DNA of 57,360 bases, filler included, from Thelocarpon superellum (taxonomy: Eukaryota), in NCBI GenBank assembly GCA_026025795.1. It is 4 parts of 4 records of this genome, joined end to end, with 100 filler letters (N's around TTAATTAATTAA, not from the genome) between each part and the next. Parts side by side here need not be neighbours in the genome. Positions count along the whole stretch, not along the records: positions 28,775 to 43,036 come from JAPEUG010000435.1; positions 43,137 to 57,360 come from JAPEUG010000436.1; 2 more parts are not named here. One strand, written 5' to 3'. Positions 36,733 to 49,965 of this stretch are shown one piece after another. Each line of letters opens with the position of its first letter. Position 1 is the stretch's first letter. Under the pieces are notes generated by a model. The model saw only the letters and a program-made list of their open reading frames with translations, had not been told where the DNA came from and made no database searches. The position numbers and the translations under genes were made by a program.

Positions 36733-39700
36733 ATGGAGGATTACGCCGAGCCCGAGGTGGGCTTCGATGATGGCGAGGACTCCACCGTCATCACCGCGGA
36801 GGACTGCTGGTCCGTCATCTCGGCCTTCTTCGACTCCAAGGGCCTCGTGTCCCAGCAGCTCGACTCGTTCGATGAGTTCGTCTCCAACACCATGCAAGAT
36901 CTGGTCGGCGAGCACTCGCAGCTCGTGCTCGATCAGCATGCGCCTCCCTCCGACGATGGCGATCCTCTCGCGCGCCGCCGATACGAGATCAAGTTTGGCA
37001 CCATGTTCCTCTCGCGGCCGGCCATGACGGAAGGCGACGGGAGCACCTCCATCATGCTGCCCCAGGTCGCGCGCCTGCGCAACCTCACCTACTCGTGTCC
37101 GCTCTACCTCGAGATGACCAAGAACGTCATCCTGGCGCGCGAGAAACCGGTCGAGGCCAGCGACGACGGCCTCGGCGGCGACGCCGAACAGACCGAGCGC
37201 GGCACCTTCCTCGACTGGGAGTACGAGACCAAGGAGGACCAGGAACCGACCAAGGTCTTCGTCGGCAAGCTGCCCGTCATGCTGAAATCCAAATACTGCG
37301 TTCTCAAGGACCTCAACGAGCAGGAGCTGTATGCCTGGGACGAATGTCCCTACGACCAAGGCGGCTATTTTATCATCAACGGCAGCGAGAAGGTCTTGAT
37401 CGCCCAGGAGCGCAGCGCCGCCAACATCGTCCAGATCTTCAAGAAGGCCCCCCCATCTCCAACTCCGTTCGTTGCCGAGATCCGCAGTGCCGTCATGAAG
37501 GGCTCACGCCTCATCTCGAGCATGCAGATCAAGCTGTTCGCCAAGGGCGAGGGCTCCAAGGGTGGCTTCGGCCAGACCATCAAGTCCACCTTGCCCTACG
37601 TCAAGTCGGAGATTCCCATCGTCATCGTCTTCCGCGCCCTCGGCGTCGTGTCGGACGAGGATATTCTGGGCCAGATCTGCTACGACCGCAACGACACCCC
37701 CATGCTGGAGATGCTGAAGCCCTGCATCGAAGAAGCCTTCGTCATCCAAGATCGCGAGGTCGCGCTCGACTTCATCGGCAAGCGCGGCAACTCGCATGGC
37801 GTGACTCGCGACGGCCGGATCAAGTTCGCGCGCGACGTCATGCAGAAGGAGTTGTTGCCGCACATCTCCCAGGTCGAGGGCAGCGAGACGCGGAAGGCCT
37901 TCTTCCTCGGCTACATGATTCACCGCATGTTGCAGTGTGCTCTCGGGCGCCGTGAGGTTGATGATCGTGATCATTTCGGCAAGAAGCGTCTGGATCTGGC
38001 CGGGCCGCTGTTGGCCAACCTTTTTCGCATGCTGTTCAACAAGCTCACCAAGGACATCTACAAGTACCTGCAGCGATGTGTCGAAGGCAACCGCGAGTTC
38101 AACTTGACCCTCGGGGTCAAGGCCTCGACCATCACCAACGGCCTCAAGTACTCGCTCGCCACGGGCAACTGGGGTGACCAGAAGAAGGCCGCCTCGTCCA
38201 AGGCCGGCGTCTCCCAGGTGCTCAACCGCTACACCTTTGCTTCGACCTTGTCCCATTTGCGTCGCACCAACACCCCGATCGGGCGCGATGGCAAGATCGC
38301 CAAGCCCCGACAGCTGCACAACACCCACTGGGGCCTGGTGTGTCCCGCCGAGACGCCCGAGGGCCAGGCCTGCGGGCTCGTCAAGAACCTGGCGCTCATG
38401 TGCTACATCACCGTCGGGTCGCCAAGTGAACCGCTCGTTGAGTTCATGGCGGCGCGGGGCATGGAGATCCTAGAGGAGTACCAACCGTCCAAGTCCCCGA
38501 ACGCCACCAAGGTCTTTGTGAACGGTGTGTGGGTCGGGGTCCATCAAGACGCGCAGCGATTGGTGCAGACGGTGCAAGAGGTGCGGAAGCAGCACAGTAT
38601 TCCGCCCGAGGTGAGTATGATCCGCGACATTCGCGACCGCGAGTTTCGCATCTCATCCGATGCCGGGCGCGTGTGCCGACCGCTGTTTGTGATCGAGAAC
38701 GACGTCAAGGATGAGAATTACGGCAATCTTCGGCTGACTAAGGCGCACATCTCGCGGCTGGAAGACGACAACCAGCTGGACCCTAACCTCGATGATGAGG
38801 AGCGCGAGCGACAGATGTTTGGTTGGAAGGGCCTGGTCGAAGCTGGTGCGGTCGAGTACGTCGATGCCGAGGAAGAGGAGACGATCATGATCGTCATGAC
38901 TCCCGAAGATCTCGAGATTGCGCGCCAGCTGCGGGCGGGCTATGCCTTGCCCGAGGACACGTCAGGCTCGATCAAACGCGTCAAGGCGCCTCTGAACCCG
39001 ACTGCCCACACATGGACGCACTGCGAGATCCATCCGAGCATGATCTTGGGTATCTGCGCGAGCATCATCCCTTTTCCCGATCACAATCAGGTAAGCATTC
39101 GCCTTCTGCGCATGCGGCAAGCGTTATCGAGATGGCGATTGACCCGGTGGGACCACAGTCTCCCCGTAACACGTACCAGTCGGCCATGGGGAAGCAAGCC
39201 ATGGGTGTCTTCCTCACCAACTTCGATCAACGCATGGACACGATGGCCAACATTCTCTACTACCCACAGAAGCCGCTGGCGACGACACGGTCGATGGAAT
39301 TCCTCAAGTTCCGCGAGCTGCCGGCGGGGCAGAACGCCATCGTGGCCATTGCATGCTACTCGGGTTACAACCAGGAGGACTCAGTCATCATGAACCAGAG
39401 CAGCATCGACCGCGGCCTCTTCCGCAGCCTCTTCTACCGCTCCTACACCGACCAGGAGAAGCGCATCGGCATGGCGACGGTAGAGCAGTTCGAGAAGCCG
39501 ATGCGGAGCGACACGCTGAAGCTCAAGCACGGCACCTACGAGAAGCTCGACGACGACGGCATCATCGCGCCGGGCGTGCGGGTTTCGGGCGAGGACGTCA
39601 TCATCGGCAAGACGGCGCCGATCGCGGCCGACTCGGAGGAGCTGGGCCAGCGCACGAAACTGCACGTGAAGCGCGACGTCTCGACCCCGCTGCGCAGCAC

Positions 39701-40627
39701 AGAGAACGGGATCGTGGACCAGGTGCTCCTGACGACCAACGCCGAGGGCTTGCGCTTCGTCAAGGTGCGCATGCGCACCACCAAGGTGCCACAAATCGGC
39801 GACAAGTTCGCGTCGCGCCACGGGCAGAAGGGCACGATCGGCATCACCTACCGGCAGGAGGACATGCCCTTCACCAGCGAAGGCATCGTGCCCGACCTGG
39901 TCATCAACCCGCACGCCATCCCGTCGCGGATGACGATTGCGCATCTGATTGAGTGCCTGCTGAGCAAGGTGGCGTCGCTCAAGGGGTTCGAGGGTGACGC
40001 CACCCCCTTCACCGACGTCACCGTGGACTCGGTGTCGGGTCTGCTCCGCGACCACGGGTACCAATCACGCGGCTTCGAGGTCATGTACAATGGGCACACG
40101 GGCCGCAAGCTGGTAGCCCAGGTCTTCCTCGGACCGACGTACTATCAGCGCCTGCGCCACATGGTGGACGACAAGATCCACGCCCGCGCCCGCGGCCCCG
40201 TGCAGATCCTGACGCGGCAGCCGGTGGAGGGGCGGGCTCGCGACGGTGGCCTGCGCTTCGGCGAGATGGAGCGCGACTGCATGATCTCGCACGGCGCCAG
40301 CGCCTTCCTCCGCGAGCGCTTGTTCGAGGTGTCGGACGCCTTCCGAGTGCATATCTGTGACATTTGTGGGCTCATGACGCCCGTTGCGTACGTTTCCCTC
40401 GCACGCTTTGTCCTCCACGAGATGCCCATCCCGTTCCGCCCCGGCTAACATGTTCCGGTGACAGGAATCTCAAGAAGGCCTCATTTGAGTGCCGACCGTG
40501 TCGCAACAAGACCAAGATCTCGCAGGTGCACATCCCCTACGCCGCCAAATTGCTTTTCCAGGAACTGGCGTCAATGAACATCGCCGCGCGCATGTACACA
40601 AAGCGCTCGGGCGTTAGCGTGCGTTGA
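36733..40627 (+). CDS. RPB2: DNA-directed RNA polymerase II second largest subunit
   Basis: [63 protein letters not shown] and the C-terminal zinc site. Introns 39091-39158 and 40388-40464. Confidence 0.99.
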
Positions 40628-41146
40628 GTGCCTTGAGGTTGAATGTGCGGGCAGCAGCGGCAGCAGCGGCAGCAGCAGCATCTTTTTGGGCGTTACCAGG
40701 ATGGGCATGGGAAGATCACCGTCTCACGACGGCGGGACACGGCATGAGTGGGCGTCTTTCTGTACAGTACTGTAGATTAGTTACTGCGGTCGAGAGCGAG
40801 AGCGAGAGCGAGAGCCATGGCGAAAGAGAGGCTCGATCGTCATGGCCGTCATGGTCGTCATTGGGAAGAATTTCGAGCCTGGATGAACGGATAGATGGAT
40901 CAATCAATCGAAGAGTGGAGCTACTGGACGGCCCACGAACGAGTGATGTGAAATACATCGTGAACCCAATCCGACGCCATGTGATGTGATCTAATCCCGA
41001 GGAGAGCGAGAATGACGCATGCCCGACAGAATGTCCACCCAGAGACGAGCGTATGTTTCAAGGACTGTCCACCCCTAGAACCCCTCGAGATCGCGGTCGA
41101 GGTCGAGTCGGCCGCGGTGGACTCAAGACCGACGGCGCAAGGGAGA

Positions 41147-41492
41147 TTATATCCTGCAAAACCCACGCATTCACATCAACGGTCGGATCTTGTGCGAAGT
41201 TGGAGAGAGAGGAGAGCAGAGGAGAGGAGAGGAGAGACTGACGGAGGTAGCAAGAACTCGCTCATGCTCGAGTGAAATACAGCGACTGCGATCTGGAGTG
41301 CGTATCACACACTTGGTCAGCCCCCCGACCCATTTGTGACAGCTTCGGAACAGCACTCACCCCAAAGACGACCACGCTGCGCACGACAGAAGTGTTCTCG
41401 GGCGCGATGAGCTCGTGGTATGCGGCAGTGATGTAGGACGCGGGGGTCGACAACGAGGACTCGGCCGCCTGGATGCGGTTCTTGGGCGGCAT
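41147..41492 (-). CDS. TOM6: Mitochondrial import receptor subunit Tom6
   Basis: Spliced MPPKNRIQ...AYHELIAPENTSVVRSVVVFG|IAVAVFHSSMSEFLLP|PI matches the Pezizomycotina Tom6 pattern (ENxSVVRS plus a TM helix). Introns 41293-41360 and 41154-41242. Confidence 0.85.
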
Positions 41493-42528
41493 GGCTGATG
41501 AATGTCTTTGTATGCCGGGCGGTACAGATAGATGTGTGAATGGTTTGGCGACGTAATCGTCTCAGCTATGTTGTTGCGCACCGTCGTCGGTTGCGGAGCT
41601 CGAAGGAAAAGATGAGGGATGGATGGACGAACGACTACTAGTCGTTCATAAAAACTAGTAAACTACTCTTATCTCGGAGGTATCGTACGCTTAATACATA
41701 CGCCATGTGACCTCGTCACGTGACGCTATTACTACTGTATATAATCGTACTTAGCTAGCGAAGTGAATGAAGCATCTTACAACCCCACGAGATCCGCCCA
41801 CAGGCGTTACAATTGGTAGCAACTAGTAGTTAGTAGTTTATTCCTACGAAGGGAGGAGAAAACGCGATCGGTTTACTCTGCGTCAATGGAGACTGTGCGA
41901 GGACGTAGCCACTACGGTACCAAGAAACGAAATAGAGGGCGCAGCGTTGATCAGCTCTCACGTAGTCCGACGCAAGGCTGATTCAGCCATCAGGCTTCGG
42001 TAACTTCGAAACGATGACTACGAGTAACATACCAGTACTAACTTTAATCCACCATACTGATCCTTACCGGCAGATGTGGTAGGAGTTTAGTAGGCGGTAG
42101 GAATCCACCGGTCAATCTTTTCCCCACGCGCCTCCCCTACCGTACAATCCTGCTTCGAGCGCTCAATGCACGGTCACGCGTGAAGTGAGAACACTTTCCA
42201 AGATCCCGACGGCGCGATCAAGTGCAATGCTTCCTTGGCGGAATGACTTGGGAAAAGACCCGGTTAGCTGTCGTGACGCCGCGGCGCGTGGCGTTGTGGC
42301 GTTATGGCGTTGTGGATGGAGGGGTTGTCTGAAGTTGACAAAAGGAGGGAGCATGTGTGGTGAGAACGTGGACCTCCATCCTTGCGCTTGTGGTACTGAG
42401 GTTCAGCAGGCAGCTGCAGGCTAGCGTCTAGTATCCGTGACGTGATGGTGCTAAGCAGTCCTCTCTACCGTGGCGCGGCGTGCCTGACAGCGAGCGTCTT
42501 TTACTGGACTGGACATTGAAGGAGCTAA

Positions 42529-43036
<508 letters not shown>

Positions 43037-43136
43037 NNNNNNNNNNNNNNNNNNNNNNNNNNNNNNNNNNNNNNNNNNNNTTAATTAATTAANNNNNNNN
43101 NNNNNNNNNNNNNNNNNNNNNNNNNNNNNNNNNNNN
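43037..43136. other. Artificial contig spacer N44-TTAATTAATTAA-N44
   Basis: Identical to the other spacers. Confidence 0.98.
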
Positions 43137-43876
43137 TGGACGCGGAGGCTCGCGTGCTGTCGGGCACTCCCGTCGGTGCCATCCATTGCTCCCGGCAAGC
43201 TGGTTCGGCATGGGCGTTAACGCTTGTCCTTCTTGTTTCCTTTCATTCGTCCTCTGAGCATTCGATCGTTTCATTCCAACGGCCAACTCCGCAAGACGAT
43301 TGGCGAAGCGTGAGACCCACCGGCTGCCTGGCCGTTGTAGGGCCAACACATTGTCCGATGACGGGATTCATAGAGATTGAGATGTGCATCTGATCATGTC
43401 ATCCGATTGAAGCTTTCTTCCCCCAATCGCTTAGCTGTGATCCGTGAGCGGCGCCCTCAAACATCGAGCAGCGGTGCCGGCGGAGGCGGACCCACCAGGT
43501 GAATTCCGAAAGACCCGCCGGTCTGGGTGAGTCACCGTCTGCCAGCTTGAAGCAGGAAGTGGGCAATCTCAACATACCCGTCGCGGTCATTTCGCGCTGG
43601 AAAAGCTAGGTCCAAACGCGTTCCTGTGAAACCCACGTCACCAGAGGATTGCGGTGCGTTTCACAAGCAGGGACTGGTAGATGGACCATTTGCGCCAGAG
43701 AACACGGAGGAAGAGGAGGAGGACAAGGAGGGACAACGAGATCTCCTGTGCCCACCTCGGCGTATAAATGATGCACTTCTTGGCCCTTACTTGCAGGTCT
43801 TGCCGTTAGTAAATTCGACGGTGCTTGTTTGATCTTGATTCCCTGACATCCAATCCCTTTCCGTTCTACCGCCTCC

Positions 43877-44797
43877 ATGTTCATCTCCAAAACACTCGCC
43901 GTGATTGGCACGGCAGTGGTCCTTGCTATGCATGGCCATGCCAGCCCTGTCATGAAGCGCCAGTCCAACATGACTGCCGGTCAGATCGTGGGCGCCATCG
44001 ACGTGATCACGACGCTGTCGCAAAGCCTCCAGGCCCCTGCCAATTCCATCGACATCGCCAATGGCCTCCTTGCGCTGATTGGTGAGGGGCCAGTGATCCA
44101 GGTAGTTGAGGGGTTCGAGAACATCACCGCCACAGCGACACAAGACGTCACCGCGCTACAGGTATGAGATGGGCATTTCGGCCTGATGGGCAGGGATGGT
44201 GGGCTTACCGTTGAGGATAGGGAGTGCAACCGCTGTCTCTACAGTCCGATCAAGATGCCGTCTTGGATGCTTTTACGGAGGTGAGAAACATTACCCTCAT
44301 CGAATCGTACCCGGTCAACGAGGTAGCTAACACCTACCGCCAATCCACAGTTTGTGCAAGTTCACCAAGAGCTTCTCAGTATTGTGATTGGCAAGTCTGG
44401 CTTGCTCCAAGACATCGCCTTCGGCCCGCCCGTGACGGCCGTGTTGCGGAGTCTTGAGGGCGTGGTTGATGTAGGTCATCCTTCCACCTTGCAGCACTTC
44501 CTTCCGATCCCTGCACCGCCCTTCACTCCACTTCGTGTCACTTCGTGCCTCTCTGCTAGACGACTCTCGAGGACGATGGTCATCTCTTCAAGCCTGCTCC
44601 TCACATCTAATTTCTGTCGGTCTCGTTGACCAAGTGACTGACCATTGAATGGTTAGACCGTGGCATTGGCGATCATCGGAACACTCAGGGACGTGGATGC
44701 TAGCCAAGCTACGACTCAGAAGAACGATCTTGACGGGACACTGGCGCAGGCCATCGATGCCTTCTCTCCCGTGCAGTTGCCGGCGATTGGCTTGTAG
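43877..44797 (+). CDS. Secreted helical protein, UVI-1-like family
   Basis: Signal peptide plus KR; QIVGAIDVITTLSQSLQAPANSI, FVQVHQELLSIVIGKSGL and PVTAVLRSLEGVVD. Introns about 44162-44220, 44281-44350 and 44471-44656. Confidence 0.75.
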
Positions 44798-45120
44798 GTT
44801 GCGGACGAAGGGCGACGCTCGAATTGAGGGAAACGAGGCGTTGGAGCAGAGATTGAGAGGGGGAGCGCGATCGAAAGGCCCATAGTAATGAAGGAAACAT
44901 TCGAATCCTGTAATCTGGTCCGACTCCCTCGGGGAATTGTGTGTCGTTGATCGCCTCCGACCGAAGAAATGCGTGTTCGTGGTGGCGGGGCAGTTGACTC
45001 ACCAAAGCATTGACCACGTCGTGGGGTGAACGAGCCTTAAGCCTCGAGCCTCTCGAGTGCCGCCGAGAGGACGCTCATATTTCCTTGCCGTCACACGCGC
45101 CAGGTTGCTCGACGCAGACC

Positions 45121-47227
45121 ATGGCGCAGCTCACGACGAAGAACGGCGAACTTTTCCAGCGGGAGGTGCTGGATTCGCTGCTGAAACGCCGCCTCTTCTA
45201 CACCCCCGCCTTTGAGATCTACCGCTCCTTTGAGTCGTGCAAGGGCGCCACCAAGGGTCTCTATGACTACGGTCCGCCGGGATGCGCGCTCCAGAACAAC
45301 CTGGTCGACATCTGGCGCCGGCATTTCGTGCTCGAGGAGGATATGCTGGAGCTCGATTGTACCATGTTGACCCCCGCCGAGGTGTTCAAGACCAGCGGGC
45401 ACGTGGACAAATTCGCCGATTGGATGTGCAAAGACCCCAAGACGGGAGACTATCTACGTGCCGACCACTTGGTGGAGAACGTGTTGGAGGCGAGGCTGAA
45501 GGGCGACAAAGACGCGCGCGGCCTCGCCGTCCGGACGGCCGGCACCCCCGCGGCCGACGACAAGAAGAGCAAGAAGGCGGCGAAGAATATCAAGGCGGTC
45601 AAGCTCGATGACGCCGTCGTCGCCAACTACGAGTCGATCTTGGCCAAGGTGAGCCCGCCCTGATTCTGGGCTCGCAACGCCTGACTCGTAGCTGACCATC
45701 TGTCCAGATCGACAACTACGACGGGGAGGAGCTGGGAGCGCTGATCAAGGAACACGACATTCGGGTGCCGGACACGGACAACGAGGTGCTCCCCCCGGTG
45801 CCCTTCAACCTGATGTTTCAAACGACGATCGGGCCCAGCAGTGCCTCGCCCGGCTACCTTCGTCCGGAGACAGCGCAGGGCCAATTCTTGAATTTCAAGA
45901 AGGTGCTGGAATTCAACCAGAACCAGATGCCCTTCGCCTCCGCCTCGATTGGCAAATCTTTCCGCAATGAGATCTCTCCTCGATCGGGGCTTCTTCGCGT
46001 ACGGGAATTTCTCATGGCAGAGGTGGAGTACTTTGTGGACCCGGAACGGAAGCAACACGCTCGGTTCGAGGAGCTGCAGGAGGTGGAGCTGCGGCTCCTG
46101 AATCGTGAGACGCAACTGGCCGGCAAGACGGAGACGGTGACCATGACCATCGGCGAGGCGGTGAAGAAGGGCATCGTGGACAACGAGACCTTGGGCTACT
46201 TCCTAGCCAAGATTCAGCTCTTCCTCCAGATGCTCGGCGTCGATCAGCAGAAGCTCCGATACCGCCAGCACATGAAGAACGAGATGGCGCACTACGCGGC
46301 CGACTGCTGGGACGCCGAGTTGTTCACGTCGTACGGGTGGATCGAGTGCGTGGGGTGCGCGGATCGCAGCGCTTATGATCTGACGGTGCACGCCCAACGG
46401 ACGGGCGAAGCTCTGGTGGTGCGGGAGGCACGTGCGGAGCCGCTCAAGATCACTGAGTGGCAGATCGACCTGGACAAGAAGAAGCTCGGGCCCAAGTTCC
46501 GCAAGGACGCCAAGGCCGTGGAAGAGGCCATCACCGCCCTGACGCAAGCCGAGCGAGAGCAGCTGGCTCCGACGCTCAAGAGCGAGGGCTCCGTCAACGT
46601 CGACGTGCCGGCGCTTGGCCAGATGGCCGTCGGCAAAGATCTGATCAGCATCGTGCAACGCGTGCGGGTCGAGAACATTCGCGAGTACACTCCCAATGTC
46701 ATTGAGCCGTCTTTCGGCATTGGCCGGATCCTCTACTGTCTCCTGGAGCATGTCTACTGGCACCGAGCGGGCGACGAAGCGCGTGGCGTAAGACGCCTGT
46801 CCGACTCTGAAGCCACTCCCCCTGCTGACTGCGCGTACAGGTGCTCTCATTTCCTCCTGGCGTTGCCCCGACCAAGGTCCTGATCGTCCCCCTCTCCACG
46901 CATCCGTCGTTCGCGCCGTTTGTCAAAAAGCTCTCCCTCCGGCTGCGCGTCAGCGGCATCTCTTACCGGGTCGATGATTCGTCCGCCAGCATCGGCAAGC
47001 GTTACTCCCGCAACGACGAGCTCGGCACGGCCTTGGGCATCACGGTGGACTTTGACTCGGTCAAAGACAATACCTTCACCTTGCGTGACCGTGACAGTAC
47101 GAAACAGGTGCGCGCCAGCATGGATGAAATCACCGCGGCGATTAAGAGCTTGGTCGATGGTACGGAGACGTGGGACATGGTCTTCAAACGTCTGCCCGAG
47201 TTCACAGGCCAAAGTGGAGATGAGTAG
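45121..47227 (+). CDS. GRS1: Glycyl-tRNA synthetase (eukaryotic alpha2 type)
   Basis: GLYDYGPPG, TSGHVDKFADWM, YLRPETAQGQF, FRNEISPRSGLLRVREF, VIEPSFGIGRI and anticodon-domain SIGKRYSRNDELG. Introns 45649-45707 and 46788-46840. May be the second paralog rather than the main copy. Confidence 0.93.
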
Positions 47228-47381
47228 GTAGTGGATGAATCTTGAAACATCAGACACGTCCTGAATGAGCTGCTTGAAGGATGTTGTGGCTGGTCATAGG
47301 ATGGCAGAGTAGATGAATGCCGCTGAGAGCGAGGCGCTGAGCAGCAGTTGTATGCTCTTAGCTCGTACAACCGCACGGTCG

Positions 47382-47421
47382 TCCAGCTCCAGCTCCAGCT
47401 CCAGCTCCAGCTCCAGCTCCA
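47382..47421. repeat. (CCAGCT)n hexamer microsatellite
   Basis: Direct reading; lies between the GlyRS and SAS2 genes. Confidence 0.9.
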
Positions 47422-47633
47422 GGCGTGGCGCCGTGTTGTTCCACGCCCGAGCCGAAGCGAAGATACCTCCGCACGGGCGCCGGGAAGCGTCAAAGCGAGG
47501 AAACGAGCAGAAGAGAGCAAGCACGGTGCAAACATGCCGGCCGTGCAACGCGTCAAGAGCACGCGCAAGTGCAATGGCAACGATCGATGACGACCTTGGT
47601 GGATGACTGATGTCTCACCAGGGCGCGCGGTGA

Positions 47634-48843
47634 ATGGCACCGTCAGCTAGAGGCGCGGCCGCGGCCGCAGCATCTCCCACGGAGGTGGTGTCACCGCTCC
47701 GCCACTCCTTGCACACCAACATGCGCTCGGAGATGTCGAGCGGCCGGAAGTCGCCGTCGGATCGCAACATCCTCAAGGTGGTGCTGGGCGACCTGCTGTT
47801 CGACACGTGGTATGGCTCCTTCTACCCCGACGAGCTGGTGGGAGGCGGCAAGCACGAGGTCGATCGGCTGTACGTGTGCCGGTGGTGCTTCAAGTATAGC
47901 AGGGAGTTGATGCCGTACATGGCCCATGTGGTAGGCCTTCCGATGGCTTCCGTCCGCGCGGTTGACTTCCTTGACTGACTGCGGTGGGGACGTCAAGAGG
48001 GTGTGCCCCGCACGCACCGAACCGCCGCCGGGCCAGATGATCTATGAGAAGGACAGCTACTCCATCTACGAGGTCAATGGGGAAGACCATCAGGTATGGG
48101 CGTGCTCGTTGGGGGTGCGGGATGCGGGGTGCCCTTGCTGATACCACCTAGCTCTTTTGCCAGAATCTCTCGCTGTTTGCGAAGCTCTTCCTCGAGAACA
48201 AGTCGGTCTGTTTCGATCTGACGACGTTCAATTACTACCTCCTGGTCTACACCTACCCGACCACGACGTCGCCGGCGGTCGGTCCGACACGCCAAGTCGT
48301 GGGATTCTTCTCCAAGGAGAAGATGAGCTGGGACAACAACAATCTCGCCTGCATCTTGGTCTTCCCGCCGTGGCAGCGGAAGGGACTCGGCAAGATCCTG
48401 ATGGGAGTGAGCTACGAGCTGAGTCGGAGAGAGGGGCGCATCGGAGGGCCTGAGAAGCGTGAGTCACCGCCGGCAACGTCCCCGTGGTCTTTGTCCCTGA
48501 CGGGACGTATCCAGCGCTCTCCGATCTCGGTCGTCGAGGGTACCTTTCCTTTTGGTCTGCTACCATTGCAAGGACCATCCTCTCGTATCCAGCTCGGACG
48601 ACGACGACGGTCAAGGACATCTCGGAGGAGACGTACATCCTCCAAGATGATGTCATGGCGGCCTTGAAGGAGATGAACGTGTTGAATGCAAAGAAGCGGG
48701 CAGATGGCTCGGCCATCATCAACCAAGGCGCGGTGAGGGACTGGGCCCGATCCACTGGAGCAGATCTGGGGCCTGTAGTGGAGATGGATGGATTTGTAGA
48801 CGAGCTGCTGCCCGTGCCGGAAGACGAAGCGTCCAGCGTGTAG
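47634..48843 (+). CDS. SAS2: MYST-family histone acetyltransferase, Sas2-like (no chromodomain)
   Basis: FDTWYGSFYP, zinc finger LYVCRWCFKY, LFCQNLSLFAKLFL, GFFSKEK, LACILVFPPWQRKGLG and GGPEK|xLSDLG; three introns. Confidence 0.85.
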
Positions 48844-49965
48844 GCAACACCGCGTGTCCCGACCTTCGCTGGCCAAGACCAGCACGTGGCGTTTCATGTC
48901 TACCTGGGGAGAGAAAATACGGGAGTGCCGAAGATGAGCGGTGAGGCTGTGAGCATACGTATGTGGCCGTACGATATCGACGAGACTCTTTGCAGGAGAG
49001 TCAGGTGACGAGGCAGCTCCAACGACGCTACTTGTTCACAGGCACTTGAATTATCGTCGAACGTCGCAACTCGACCTCTTCAACGATCATCCCTGTCGAG
49101 CTGACCAGGTCCCACGACCTCGTGGCGATGGAGCGAAGGGAAGGTAATCTCACCTAGATCGTTGTTGGAGTAGCGTGTGGGAGCAGTTGGATGATCCAAT
49201 GGATAGCCCATGGATTGGTTGGACAGATCGTCAAACCTGGCACGGCAGACGAGCGGCGAGCCACCAGATTGACGGCATAGGTTAGATATAAGTGTGGTGC
49301 CATCGCACTGCCCTTCGATCCCTGCCAGACCGTCGCCGTGGTGCCATCTGACTTGCTGCTTCCCTTCGATCCCTGTTAGACCGGGACAAGGACGACGAAA
49401 AGAGCGGTGGGGTAGGTTGGATCCGATCCGATCAGGTCTGGAGTGGTTGTCTCCCGTGCATACGAGTACTCGTACGGAAAGTACGCTGGCATGGGGTGTG
49501 TTGGTTATGTGATCATACGGCGAGCTCTGCCGAGACCCTGTGCACATGAGCCAATGAGCGGATGCATCGCCTGCAGATGATGGCGCGATAACGAGCCGTT
49601 GGTCCGCGGGTGCTCCTGCGCGGATACGCGGGTGTTATCAATAGACCCTGCAAGATATGATGGACGGAGGAAAGCAGTCAACAATGCAGTTGTTTGCTCA
49701 CCTCACCCCATCTCATCTCGTTTCCTTCACTTGGAGCATCTGACTGGAGCAAACAGACGTGGCAGAGATGGAGAAGCCGGTCAGGTTCCCCGTCTCCCAT
49801 TTCGTAGCATGTGTCGCGCAGACCTCCTCTCGTTAGACGCTCATCTCCCCCATTCTCCTTATCATTCCGCAAATGGACCAAGCAGCGACGTGACCTTCCA
49901 CCGTTTCCGCCGTTTCCCCCGGATGTTCTCGTCCATCCATCAGTCTTTCCATCCTAAACCTCGTC

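Noticed and set aside
45010..45120. In-frame upstream TTG as a mitochondrial GlyRS start (as in yeast GRS1)
   Set aside because: The 37-residue extension has several Glu/Asp residues and does not resemble a basic amphipathic presequence; unsupported without ribosome profiling.
47534..47633. Upstream ATG plus intron-like sequence as an N-terminal exon of SAS2
   Set aside because: A TGA immediately precedes ATG 47634 in the coding frame, so no spliced in-frame extension is possible; at most a uORF.
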